Virus record (IMG/VR): IMGVR_UViG_3300030389_004227
Location: 1 to 29,926 of that record
Strand: one strand, 5' to 3'
Origin: a virus
Lineage: Duplodnaviria > Caudoviricetes
Length of the DNA: 29,926 nt
The notes under the pieces were generated by a model. That model was given only the letters and a program-made list of their open reading frames with translations. It searched no databases and had not been told where the DNA came from. Each line of letters opens with the position of its first letter. Position 1 is the stretch's first letter. The position numbers and the translations under genes were made by a program. Of this stretch, positions 7,541-16,238 are shown in pieces.

Positions 7541-7761
7541 ATCTTCGCCACCTCTTGCAGTCCCTGGCTGGAGACCAAGGCTTTTTTGACAGCTGCGCGG
7601 GAGGCGGCGTAAGCGGTTGGCGAGACCATAGCGATGAGACCACACAAGCCCTGCACTACTTGGTTGTCGGAAAAAACTGCACCGACGGCGCCCATGATGA
7701 GCGCGGCACAGCAGAGTAAGAACTCGGATGACTTGACGCCTTTGGTTTGTCCTTGCAACAT
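7510..7761 (-). CDS. holin-like 2-TM membrane protein
   Basis: KGVKSSEF motif, two hydrophobic segments, YAASRAAVK basic tail; SD GGAGG; located in the lysis region. Confidence 0.7.
   Translation of the reverse strand: MLQGQTKGVKSSEFLLCCAALIMGAVGAVFSDNQVVQGLCGLIAMVSPTAYAASRAAVKKALVSSQGLQEVAKMGKPSGSEES
7534..7540 (-). promoter_or_regulatory. candidate programmed -1 frameshift site G GGA AAG
   Basis: X XXY YYZ heptamer in the correct phase, identical to the lambda G-T slip site; SD-like GAGGTG 8 nt upstream. Confidence 0.65.
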
Positions 7762-7762
7762 C

Positions 7763-8062
7763 TCAACCTCCTGGGTCGTGTTGGCTATTGCCCTTTTTTG
7801 TCAGGGCGTCTTTGACAGCTTCTTGAATGACTTGTTTTTCGCGCAGCTCGTAGGTCAGTTTTAAATTTTCTACGACCTTGTCGGTCAGCTTTGCGATGTC
7901 CTCTTTAAGCTCTGTGAGCTGCTGCTCAGCTAAAGCGATGCGCGTGTCAATTCGAGAGGTCGAGCCGTTGGTCGAGCGCTTCTCATGATAGCGCTCGGCG
8001 ATACGCAATCCTAAAACTGCTGCAGCGACAATCCCGCCACCAACTGCGCTCTCCGGATCCAC
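7763..8062 (-). CDS. single-TM coiled-coil membrane protein (lysis accessory, XhlA/holin-like)
   Basis: N-terminal hydrophobic AVGGGIVAAAVLGL followed by a heptad-rich helix; GTG start with GAGG. Confidence 0.6.
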   Translation of the reverse strand: MDPESAVGGGIVAAAVLGLRIAERYHEKRSTNGSTSRIDTRIALAEQQLTELKEDIAKLTDKVVENLKLTYELREKQVIQEAVKDALTKKGNSQHDPGG

Positions 8063-8063
8063 G

Positions 8064-8312
8064 TCAATCCTCGCTTGCCTGCGCGTCTTCGACGGTGTGG
8101 CCGCCTTCGCTCATTTTGACTTTGAGCGCATCAACAGCATCGTTGATCAAAGCTGTTACGCCATCACCCTCTAGCGGTAGATTTACGCCGACTCTTGCAT
8201 TGTCTACTTCTGGCAGGGTTGCGATTGCTTGGCATGACGCCGTTATCGCACCGTCCGAAATTGATTTTGTAATCGTAAGTTGAACTCTGTGAATAATTTT
8301 TCTCGTAGCCAT
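8064..8312 (-). CDS. hypothetical protein downstream of the tail fibre
   Basis: Tightly packed ORF with AGGA SD. Confidence 0.65.
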   Translation of the reverse strand: MATRKIIHRVQLTITKSISDGAITASCQAIATLPEVDNARVGVNLPLEGDGVTALINDAVDALKVKMSEGGHTVEDAQASED

Positions 8313-8321
8313 TTGAAAATC

Positions 8322-9497
8322 CTAGCTGTAGTTTTGTCCAACAACCGTTGCAAAGACGTTAAACGTCGAGCCTCTCCCAAAAATTGAAAATTCAACAATA
8401 TCAACAGCACCGGTTGCTGTTGTCATTGTGTGGTGGGTTCCACCTGGAAATTTAATCTCGCCCGTTACGGCCGACGAACTGGCGCTACCGGAGTGGACCG
8501 ACACTGCCGAATCAGCATAGCTGATTGTTTTCGCGCTGCTTGCGTGCTGTGTAATTTTTGCTCTCAAGGTGAACACGTTGCCGTCGTTCGGCGCGTAAAT
8601 AAATTTTATCGCAGTCACATCCGCAGTTAAGGTAACATCACCGAAATTTCCTTTTCGTGCATCGATAATTAACGTTGCGCCCGAGTCCGCTAGATACAGC
8701 GGCTCAGTGGTTGCATCGTCGGCACCTTGCCCTGCAAAAAACTGAACACCCGCGTAGAGGAATTTTGTGCGTCCTGCATCGTCGATGTAAAGTCGAGCCG
8801 TCCCGCCCGTAAACGTTCGTATCGAACTGGTTCCTACGTCAAACGTAATCCCATGGTTGTTATTGTTGCCGTCTTTTTGAAATCGTATGTGGGTGTTTGA
8901 CGGGCTTGAAAAAGTCATTCCCGTTTCACCGCTGCCTTCGATTACGAAATCGTCAGCGTTGGCGTGCGGATTTGCAAGACCGCTGTCGCCGGTTTTTATG
9001 TGCAGCGAACCCGCATCACTGCCAAGACTGGTGGTTTCGCCACCTGTGCTTAGCTTTCCCTGCGGGCTGAGGATTAACCCAATGTGCTCAGTGGATGATC
9101 CGCCGGAAGCAAGCTGAACAGAATAACCACCGCCGGTTTCGGTAGAGCCAGAGCGGAGCTTCAATACTCCTGTGTTACCGTTTGACTCAAGAGAACCGTA
9201 GCGAGTGCCAGAGAGTGACTCCAAGCTGACCCCTACGGTATCAGTCATTGCGTTGCCAGAGAGCGTGAGATGTGCTCCTGCATCATCATGAACATGAAGA
9301 ACTGTGTCAGGGACTGCTTTTCCGATCCCGACTTTCGCACCACCAACTGCTAAAGCTACTCTTTCGTTGGCGGTATCAATCTCCAAAAAATCAACGCCCG
9401 CCGAGTCTTCAATGAGCACCGCGCCGTCAAGGTTTGCGTCGAGTTCAGTCGTGCCAGCTACGCCGCCGCCCGCTTTTTCGTCATTAAAGCCTGCCAT
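8322..9497 (-). CDS. tail fibre / receptor-binding protein
   Basis: Gly/Ser/Thr-rich; KVGIG...P...LHV and LHIKTGDSG...ADDFVIEG fibre repeats; beta-rich C-terminal domain. Confidence 0.7.
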   Translation of the reverse strand: MAGFNDEKAGGGVAGTTELDANLDGAVLIEDSAGVDFLEIDTANERVALAVGGAKVGIGKAVPDTVLHVHDDAGAHLTLSGNAMTDTVGVSLESLSGTRYGSLESNGNTGVLKLRSGSTETGGGYSVQLASGGSSTEHIGLILSPQGKLSTGGETTSLGSDAGSLHIKTGDSGLANPHANADDFVIEGSGETGMTFSSPSNTHIRFQKDGNNNNHGITFDVGTSSIRTFTGGTARLYIDDAGRTKFLYAGVQFFAGQGADDATTEPLYLADSGATLIIDARKGNFGDVTLTADVTAIKFIYAPNDGNVFTLRAKITQHASSAKTISYADSAVSVHSGSASSSAVTGEIKFPGGTHHTMTTATGAVDIVEFSIFGRGSTFNVFATVVGQNYS

Positions 9498-9895
9498 CAG
9501 ATACTCCCGAGTCGAACGTCTACGGTGACCTTGTCGCTTGAACCTGCACCTGAGACCGTTGGGAAGACGATACGCACAGCCTTCGCGTGCACAGCGTGCT
9601 GGCTAATCCACTTCGCCGCACCGGTGACGGCTTTTGAATAGGTCGCATCGCTCAAGGTTGCGACGCCGCTACTGACCGCGCTTTTTTGTTCGCGAAAGTA
9701 GGTCGTACCATCGTCGTTGGTAAATTCGAGATAGTAGGTGATGGTCAACGCGCCACTGCTGTTGGCATGGTCAATCATCAGGCTCAGCTGGTCGTATCCC
9801 GAAAGGGGTATGAGGTTTCCGGTTCGCGTGCCGTTTAGGGCTACACCGCTAAGGCCTACCTCTAGTTCCCCTACTTCAAAATGTCGTTTCAACAT
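9497..9895 (-). CDS. hypothetical beta-rich virion protein
   Basis: SD AGGAG before ATG 9895; beta-sandwich-like alternation; coupled to the fibre gene. Confidence 0.65.
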   Translation of the reverse strand: MLKRHFEVGELEVGLSGVALNGTRTGNLIPLSGYDQLSLMIDHANSSGALTITYYLEFTNDDGTTYFREQKSAVSSGVATLSDATYSKAVTGAAKWISQHAVHAKAVRIVFPTVSGAGSSDKVTVDVRLGSI

Positions 9896-9906
9896 CGTGT
9901 GTTCTC

Positions 9907-10290
9907 CTATGAGCCGAAGATTAAAACTTCGCACTCAACCGCTGCGCTGTTGGCAACCAGCGCGAGATTGCTCGCTACAGTAAAGTCAGTGATAACAAGA
10001 AAGCCACCAGCGGCTACCTGGACCTGGTTCAAAGTGCTGGAGTTGGCCGCTGAGTAGAATTTTGCAGTTACGTAGTTCGTTGTGTCGTTGTTCTTCACAA
10101 CAAGAGCCGTCGCAGAGGCTAGGTGGCTTGTTGTTACGGTAGTGCTGCCAGTGTCGGCCTGCACCTCAAGGTGCATCCACTCATCTGGCGTGACCGCGTA
10201 ATCAGCAGGCTCCATAAACACCTTGGCTGGCGTGTAGGTCGAGTCTTTTGAATAAGTGCCCGTTAAGGCAATTTTGGCGTAATCTGTCAC
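9907..10290 (-). CDS. hypothetical beta-rich virion protein
   Basis: GTG start overlapping the upstream stop; LVVKNND..NYV pattern. Confidence 0.65.
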   Translation of the reverse strand: MTDYAKIALTGTYSKDSTYTPAKVFMEPADYAVTPDEWMHLEVQADTGSTTVTTSHLASATALVVKNNDTTNYVTAKFYSAANSSTLNQVQVAAGGFLVITDFTVASNLALVANSAAVECEVLIFGS

Positions 10291-13200
10291 GGTAATCCAC
10301 CACCTGAGCGTCGCATTGCGAAGGTTTGGGTATCTCTAGCAAGAGGCTTGAGAGCGGCAGCGCTTGGGTCCTGCTTGGTGTCTGCTTGCTGCCTGGCACC
10401 GTGAACTGCGTTCATCGTATCAACAAACTGGGCTCTTCGGGTAGGCTCTTGACCACTTTGAAGAAAAGTTTCGAACAAAAGACGCTCCTGGTAACTGAGC
10501 ATCTCATCCCACGTCAATTCTTGAATGGCCTCAGCCCATTGGGAATAAACCAGAGGTGCTACAGAACGTAGCCCAGCGGTCATATCGCCGGTCCACACAC
10601 CAGATTTAAGGCTAGCCATCGTTGTTTTATGTGGCTCTAAAACTACCTCAATCGCGCGCTCAAACTTGCGACGCGGCCCCTCCGCTGGCTGATAGGTGTA
10701 CCGTTTAAACGAGCCGTAATCTCTGGCAGGTTGCTTTGGCATCTGAGCATGCAAGTAACCCACACTTCGCGCGAGCTGGTTTTGCACCGCTTGGGCGGTT
10801 CGCGGCATCTCATTGGCGATTGGCAAGGTTGCCTTATTGATAATATCAGCCTGAAGCTGGCCGTTGTAATACATCTCATCAAGGCCGTTACTTATGGCTG
10901 TAAAGTCATCTTGACCCTCTGTGCTTTTACCCCACTCGCGCCCAAGCATCCCTGTTAAAAGAATGCGCAAGCTTTGCATGGGTTGCGGCAAGCCTTTCTC
11001 TGCCTGTTGTATTCCCTCATACATGATGACTTCCACGGTATTTCGGGCCTCATTTTTGAGTTTGTACCCCTGGTCATAAATGGCTAGCAGCTTGCGGTAG
11101 CTCTCCGGTCGACCGCCGCGCAGTAAACCCGCAAGGCTCTTTACCCCAAGGCGAGCCACCAGTGCGCCAGAGTAGCCACCTAAGAGATAACCAGCGCCAC
11201 CAGCGGCTTCGCTGGGCACAATATCGCTGAAGCTTGCCCGGTCGGCCGCATCCGACTGAGGTCGCCACTTCATACTGATTGGTGCTGAATCTTCGAGCGA
11301 CCGCTTCTGGACGGCCATGTGGGCCTTCCAGGCTTTGATTGCACTCTCAACCTGCTTTTTATCGCCCTCTAGATCGCCCTTAATCTTGTTGAGAACACTC
11401 CGCGGCAGGGAGCCGATAGGTGTAGCACTGTTGGGGCTAAAGCCGGTGGCCTGTGCGGCAATACGTTCCTCAAATTTGGCTATCTCGTCATACACCTGGT
11501 AGACGTCGTCGCCAGGGTCACCCATGCTCTCCCGCGCTTCGTCGGTGAGCTTTGCCTTGCCCGTCATCTGATTGAGCGTGCGCTGCATCTGGCCGGTCTC
11601 GGTCAGAGCTTTTAGGCTGGCACGTGCGTTAGCCAGGAGTTCATTGACGTTGGCCACCACCTGCTTATTGACGCCAGGTAAATTCTCATCTCTGACAACC
11701 CGCGCCAACTGCTCAACGCTGTCTAGGTAGCCCGATAGGATGCGGCTGTGCGTATCTGAGCCAATAGAGCCAACATCCTTACCGAAACGTGCCACCTTGC
11801 CCGCGTCGACGATTGCTCCACGCTCTAGATCCAAGGCTACGCCAAAGGTATCCAAGAAGTCAGATTGGGCATCAATAAGGGTGCTAAGAGGGTTGTTGAG
11901 GTTGTTCTGAAACTTAGCAGCTTCGCCGAAAACACGCTCGTCCTCTAAGAGCCTGCGGAGAGGCCCCCAGCTGAGTGACTGCAAAATGCGGGCACCGTTT
12001 CGTCCGATTTGCCCTTCGCCCATATTGAAAAGAACGTCGGCAATGCCTTTCTTAAGATCATCGGCACGCATGAACGCAGAGCGCTTGATTTGCTGCTTTG
12101 CATCCCGGCTTAGAGCATGGAAAATAATTCGCCGCTGCCCCTCATCAATAATCAGCTCCTCGAACACATTATCCATTGCTTGGATGGTTTCACGGCGCCC
12201 ATCGACCGCCTTCAAGCCGAGAACTCGCAGCTCGTTTAAACGGCCTGCCAGCCTGGGATTTACAAGTGCGACCTGATCCTTAACCACTTGCAGTTGCTCA
12301 ATCAGCTCAATGCGCGCCCGCGTGGTGTTCTTGTCGATGACCTCGTCAAGGTTCATCCGTAGCGGCGTGTTCTCTGCCACAAGGTTAGATTGGTCGTAGG
12401 CTGTTCTAAGGCTGTTAGTGCTGCGCTCGTAGATGAGGGGATTGGCGCCATTGAAAAACTCGTCGAAGTTATCTCCATCAATCCTATCAGCAATGGCTTC
12501 GGTCTTGCCCGAGGCGATGGACCGCTGGGTTTCCAGCATCTTTGTGTTTAAGGACTCAAGACTGCGGAACAGGCCATTTTGCTCCTGCTCAATCACGTCG
12601 CTGTACTGCTTTTGGACGGTCGCCTTGACCTCGTCAAACTTCGGCTTGAGTGCGTCTCTTTGCGCTACCAGGTTTACCTGTGCCGCCTCGATGGCCTGCA
12701 CCTCTGCCTCAATCTTGGCGATAGTTACCTGCCGGGTCTCAAAGTCAATCGAGGCCTCTTCCCGTATGGCGTCAATCTCCAGCTCAAGCTTCTTGTGCTC
12801 CAGCTCCAACTCTCGGACCATTCCGTCGTAGTCGTAATTGTTCCACGTGTTCTCGATACGTGCTTCGACGCCATCAGGGGTTGCATCCAGCAGTCGTCGA
12901 GCCTCCGCAAATTCTTCCGAGTTACGAAGCGCTAGCTCCCTTTCGAGCATCTTTCGGCCGCGCTTCAGGGTTTTGGTACTAAGGGCTGCACCCGTGGCTT
13001 TTTCCACAATGCTGCCAAGAGCCTGCTGGCCGAGGGGCATTAGCATTTTACCGACGCCAGGGAGGAGCACGTTTAAACTACCGCCCAGAAGCGCGGGAAC
13101 GCCAACTCTGCCGACAAGGTTCTGCCCGACCTCTTCGGGGTCTCCCAGCATCTCCTCACTCAGCGTATGAGCGCCTTCGTAGATACCAGCGTCTACCGCA

Positions 13201-13823
13201 CCCTCAATGAAGCGTGCGCCTCCCCAGGTGGCAGCTCGTGAGCCCAGGCGGTCGAGCCCCTTAGTGGCGTGCCCAGCTGCCCGTGCACCCATCTTTGCGG
13301 CTTGACTGGCAGTCCCCCGCTCTAAGACTCTTGCGGCCAGAGCTTTGGCTGTATCAAGGCTTTGACCTCCCTTGCCAAGGAGGGACGGTGCCTTAAGAAT
13401 TGCTTGAGGCCCGAATAGCTGAGCGGCGATACCGCCAATTTCCCCGATGGTTGTCCCTGGCGCATACTCTTTAATGCCTTGGTACTCTCGGTCAGAGAGC
13501 ATGTTTCGGAGCGCAAACTCACCAACAAACGGCAGGCTCTTAAGTGCACCAAAACCAAGGCCAGCACCCCAGTCCTTGCCGTATTGCTCTTTGAGCATCT
13601 GCTGGTCACGGATGCCAGCAGGCTCGTACATGTATCCGTTTTTAAAGAACCGATACGCCTCAGAGCCAGGGACAAAGTGATTGGCCGTAGGGTCCCGAGG
13701 GTCGCGAATTGCCACCATGGAATCAGTCGTAAACGTGTACTGGCGCGATAGGATTTTATCCTGCACCTCCGCATCGTCTACAAACTCAAAGTCGCCTTTG
13801 TTATAGTTCCAAAGTTTTGGCAT
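10287..13823 (-). CDS. large internal virion / DNA ejection protein
   Basis: 1178 aa, helical/coiled-coil with Gly/Ala-rich hydrophobic stretches; position after the tail hub as in podoviruses. Confidence 0.65.
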   Translation of the reverse strand: MPKLWNYNKGDFEFVDDAEVQDKILSRQYTFTTDSMVAIRDPRDPTANHFVPGSEAYRFFKNGYMYEPAGIRDQQMLKEQYGKDWGAGLGFGALKSLPFVGEFALRNMLSDREYQGIKEYAPGTTIGEIGGIAAQLFGPQAILKAPSLLGKGGQSLDTAKALAARVLERGTASQAAKMGARAAGHATKGLDRLGSRAATWGGARFIEGAVDAGIYEGAHTLSEEMLGDPEEVGQNLVGRVGVPALLGGSLNVLLPGVGKMLMPLGQQALGSIVEKATGAALSTKTLKRGRKMLERELALRNSEEFAEARRLLDATPDGVEARIENTWNNYDYDGMVRELELEHKKLELEIDAIREEASIDFETRQVTIAKIEAEVQAIEAAQVNLVAQRDALKPKFDEVKATVQKQYSDVIEQEQNGLFRSLESLNTKMLETQRSIASGKTEAIADRIDGDNFDEFFNGANPLIYERSTNSLRTAYDQSNLVAENTPLRMNLDEVIDKNTTRARIELIEQLQVVKDQVALVNPRLAGRLNELRVLGLKAVDGRRETIQAMDNVFEELIIDEGQRRIIFHALSRDAKQQIKRSAFMRADDLKKGIADVLFNMGEGQIGRNGARILQSLSWGPLRRLLEDERVFGEAAKFQNNLNNPLSTLIDAQSDFLDTFGVALDLERGAIVDAGKVARFGKDVGSIGSDTHSRILSGYLDSVEQLARVVRDENLPGVNKQVVANVNELLANARASLKALTETGQMQRTLNQMTGKAKLTDEARESMGDPGDDVYQVYDEIAKFEERIAAQATGFSPNSATPIGSLPRSVLNKIKGDLEGDKKQVESAIKAWKAHMAVQKRSLEDSAPISMKWRPQSDAADRASFSDIVPSEAAGGAGYLLGGYSGALVARLGVKSLAGLLRGGRPESYRKLLAIYDQGYKLKNEARNTVEVIMYEGIQQAEKGLPQPMQSLRILLTGMLGREWGKSTEGQDDFTAISNGLDEMYYNGQLQADIINKATLPIANEMPRTAQAVQNQLARSVGYLHAQMPKQPARDYGSFKRYTYQPAEGPRRKFERAIEVVLEPHKTTMASLKSGVWTGDMTAGLRSVAPLVYSQWAEAIQELTWDEMLSYQERLLFETFLQSGQEPTRRAQFVDTMNAVHGARQQADTKQDPSAAALKPLARDTQTFAMRRSGGGLP

Positions 13824-14299
13824 TACCCTGTGTACTCCCAGTGAACTGGGTCATCGACCCGAGCCCAATTTGGCTGATTGAAACCGTACTTCTTGGCATT
13901 TTTACGAAGCCAATTTAGAGCTGCCGGTGTCGAGTAATCGTCGCCTGAAAATCGTGAGATATCGATTGCCTGGCCAACGCCTTCCTCGTGCGTGCTTCGT
14001 CCAGGCCTACCAGCCTTCATCAACGTTTTACCGGTAGCCTTCTTGTAGGCAGCTGCTGCCTTGGTAAAAGCCGCTTGATCCATACGGTCGGTCTTAGGAT
14101 TGATGTAAGGCTTGCCTGCGTACTTCTGCACCAAGTCAGAAACTCGTTTAAACAGCTTTTGCTGTTGAGCGCTGTCACGAATACCAGAGGTAGGCAGCAA
14201 GGTGATGCCATCCTTAGCGGCAGCCTGCTGCATCTTCGTAAAGGCCCTGCCTACAGTGGCGCTTACTCGCACCTCGTTGTTCTTACCCTCCAGCATCAT
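13823..14299 (-). CDS. peptidase M15B/C-like peptidoglycan hydrolase (probably virion-associated)
   Basis: SGIRDSAQQ, PGRSTH..G...AID, WL..NA.KYGF, DPVHWEY; embedded among the ejection genes. Confidence 0.8.
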   Translation of the reverse strand: MMLEGKNNEVRVSATVGRAFTKMQQAAAKDGITLLPTSGIRDSAQQQKLFKRVSDLVQKYAGKPYINPKTDRMDQAAFTKAAAAYKKATGKTLMKAGRPGRSTHEEGVGQAIDISRFSGDDYSTPAALNWLRKNAKKYGFNQPNWARVDDPVHWEYTG

Positions 14300-16236
14300 A
14301 TACCTGGACTTTTTTTTTTGAACACGCCTGTTTCGGGGTCGAGTTCAACTGCCGCGTCAAGCCTTGGCATCTGACTTATATCTGCCGGTTTGCCGGAATA
14401 AGTTGCACCAAATTTTTCATCCATAGACTTTACGGCGTCGTAGTGACTAAGCGCTGCTTGTACGGATGGCTCCTGTGCGCCTTCAACAATTTCCCGCATC
14501 ATTGGGTAGCGGTCTAAGATTGCTTTTTTCACGTTGAGCGGCTGACCTTGGAATTTTGCCAAAAAGCCCCGGTGACGAATTGCCATCAATGTTTTAATGC
14601 GGAAATCCGCCGTTTCGGAGCTGAAGAGCGTCGTTGCAAAGCCAGGGAAAAGCTGTAGGTAGAAAGTACGGTCACGGTCGGTCATACGACCGCCTTCTTT
14701 GGCAGACATAAAGTCAACACCAAGGAGTCGCTTGAGCATGTTAACCTGGCCTTTAATTCCAGGGTTCATCCAATCCGGAAGGACTACATTCATACCCTCT
14801 TTAAAGATGTCTTCAAGGGAGAACTTCGCGGGATATAAGTCCTGGCCAGTTCGCGCCTTGTGATCTGCATTTGCTTTCTTAAGGTTTGCGGCCAAGGCTC
14901 GGTACTGCTTCCAAACACTTTCCGACTCGGCAATCTTGGAAATATCCTCAATCATCTTTTCAGGTATCTTGAGGTTAGCCTGCTCGTTCATTAGCTTTAA
15001 TTCTTCAGCGCGCTGCTGTGCTGCCGCCTGCCGGGCCTCCATTTGCATCTTGTAAAAAGACAGCATCTGCTGGCCCTTGCGAGCGTCCATATCGGACTTG
15101 ACCTTAATCCACTCGATTTTCTTTTCGGCCGTTTGTTTGTCGAGCTTGAGCAGCAACATGCTTAAAGGATGGTCCCCGTCGCGTTGAATACCTGCCTTCT
15201 TAAGGATGTCGCCAACGCGCCCCTTGACCATCTCCAGCTCTTGAATCTCAAGGGCATCGGTGGCCAAGTCTTCGCGCTTATACTTGTTTAGTAGTCGGCC
15301 GTATGCGTTTTGCTCTGCTTGCAGTGCGGACTGCTTGGCACCAAGAGTAGACTTTTGTGCCTCGATATCCTGCGCGATTGCTGTGTTTAGAATATCCAGG
15401 GCAGTGTTACGAACACGGCCGCCGGAGTAGGCCTCTGCAAAACCCCCAATTGCGACGGCGATAGCAGCGCCAAGACGGGACATGGTGTTAGGGAAAAGAC
15501 GCGACGGGTTGACCTTGAAGGACTTGATATCGTCGACAATGATATTCATTTCCATCTCGGCATTTTTCAGCGCAGTTTTTCGCAGTTCCTCAACCTGACG
15601 ACGCTGCTCTATTTGGTTCTCAATGATTGCGGCTTTTTCTGCATCAATTGCGCTTTGACCTTTTGCAAGGTTAGCGTCTGCAAGCTGCAAATCCTCGTAC
15701 GCTCTTTGGATGTCGCCAAAATCATCAGTCGCGGCTCTGCCGTCCTCCAGCTCACTGGTCACAACTGGGTCGATGGATTGTTTGTTTAAGACATCCTCAT
15801 CGGGTTCTGGGCGCTCTAAAAATTCAGGAATATCTTGTGTGGGCTGTTGGTCAGCTACGGGTTGCGGAGGTATTCCCACTGGCATCGGGGCAAGGCCCTG
15901 GGTTGGGCTGATTGCACTGGGCGCCGTGTTTAAAATGTCATCTACCGATGGGAGTTGTGCTGGGCGAGCAACTGGTGAAAAATAATCAGGGGCCTGGATT
16001 CGAGTCTGCTCTAACTCACTCATCGGCTTATCTAGCAGAAAGTAATTCAAAAAATTGTCTGCTGACATCGTCGGTATATTAAAGCCAAATGAGGAGTCTG
16101 CATCAGCACCACGAGGCGGCGCCGCATCAGGCTCCTGTCCCCCTGGTGGGCCAGATACAACACCACCCTCATTCGCAAACTCTTGGGCCTCCTGCATCTT
16201 TTTAAGCTGCTCAGCCAACACTGCAAAACTAGACAT
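14296..16236 (-). CDS. internal virion / ejection protein
   Basis: Pro-rich N-terminus, coiled coils, one hydrophobic segment LGAAIAVAIGGFA; position in the operon. Confidence 0.65.
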   Translation of the reverse strand: MSSFAVLAEQLKKMQEAQEFANEGGVVSGPPGGQEPDAAPPRGADADSSFGFNIPTMSADNFLNYFLLDKPMSELEQTRIQAPDYFSPVARPAQLPSVDDILNTAPSAISPTQGLAPMPVGIPPQPVADQQPTQDIPEFLERPEPDEDVLNKQSIDPVVTSELEDGRAATDDFGDIQRAYEDLQLADANLAKGQSAIDAEKAAIIENQIEQRRQVEELRKTALKNAEMEMNIIVDDIKSFKVNPSRLFPNTMSRLGAAIAVAIGGFAEAYSGGRVRNTALDILNTAIAQDIEAQKSTLGAKQSALQAEQNAYGRLLNKYKREDLATDALEIQELEMVKGRVGDILKKAGIQRDGDHPLSMLLLKLDKQTAEKKIEWIKVKSDMDARKGQQMLSFYKMQMEARQAAAQQRAEELKLMNEQANLKIPEKMIEDISKIAESESVWKQYRALAANLKKANADHKARTGQDLYPAKFSLEDIFKEGMNVVLPDWMNPGIKGQVNMLKRLLGVDFMSAKEGGRMTDRDRTFYLQLFPGFATTLFSSETADFRIKTLMAIRHRGFLAKFQGQPLNVKKAILDRYPMMREIVEGAQEPSVQAALSHYDAVKSMDEKFGATYSGKPADISQMPRLDAAVELDPETGVFKKKSPGI

Positions 16237-16238
16237 GG

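Noticed and set aside
7541-7645. Independent start at 7645 for the 119-aa ORF
   Set aside because: It would overlap the holin-like gene by 136 nt, has no convincing SD, and the N-terminal part looks like shadow sequence; only the part after the slip site looks protein-like
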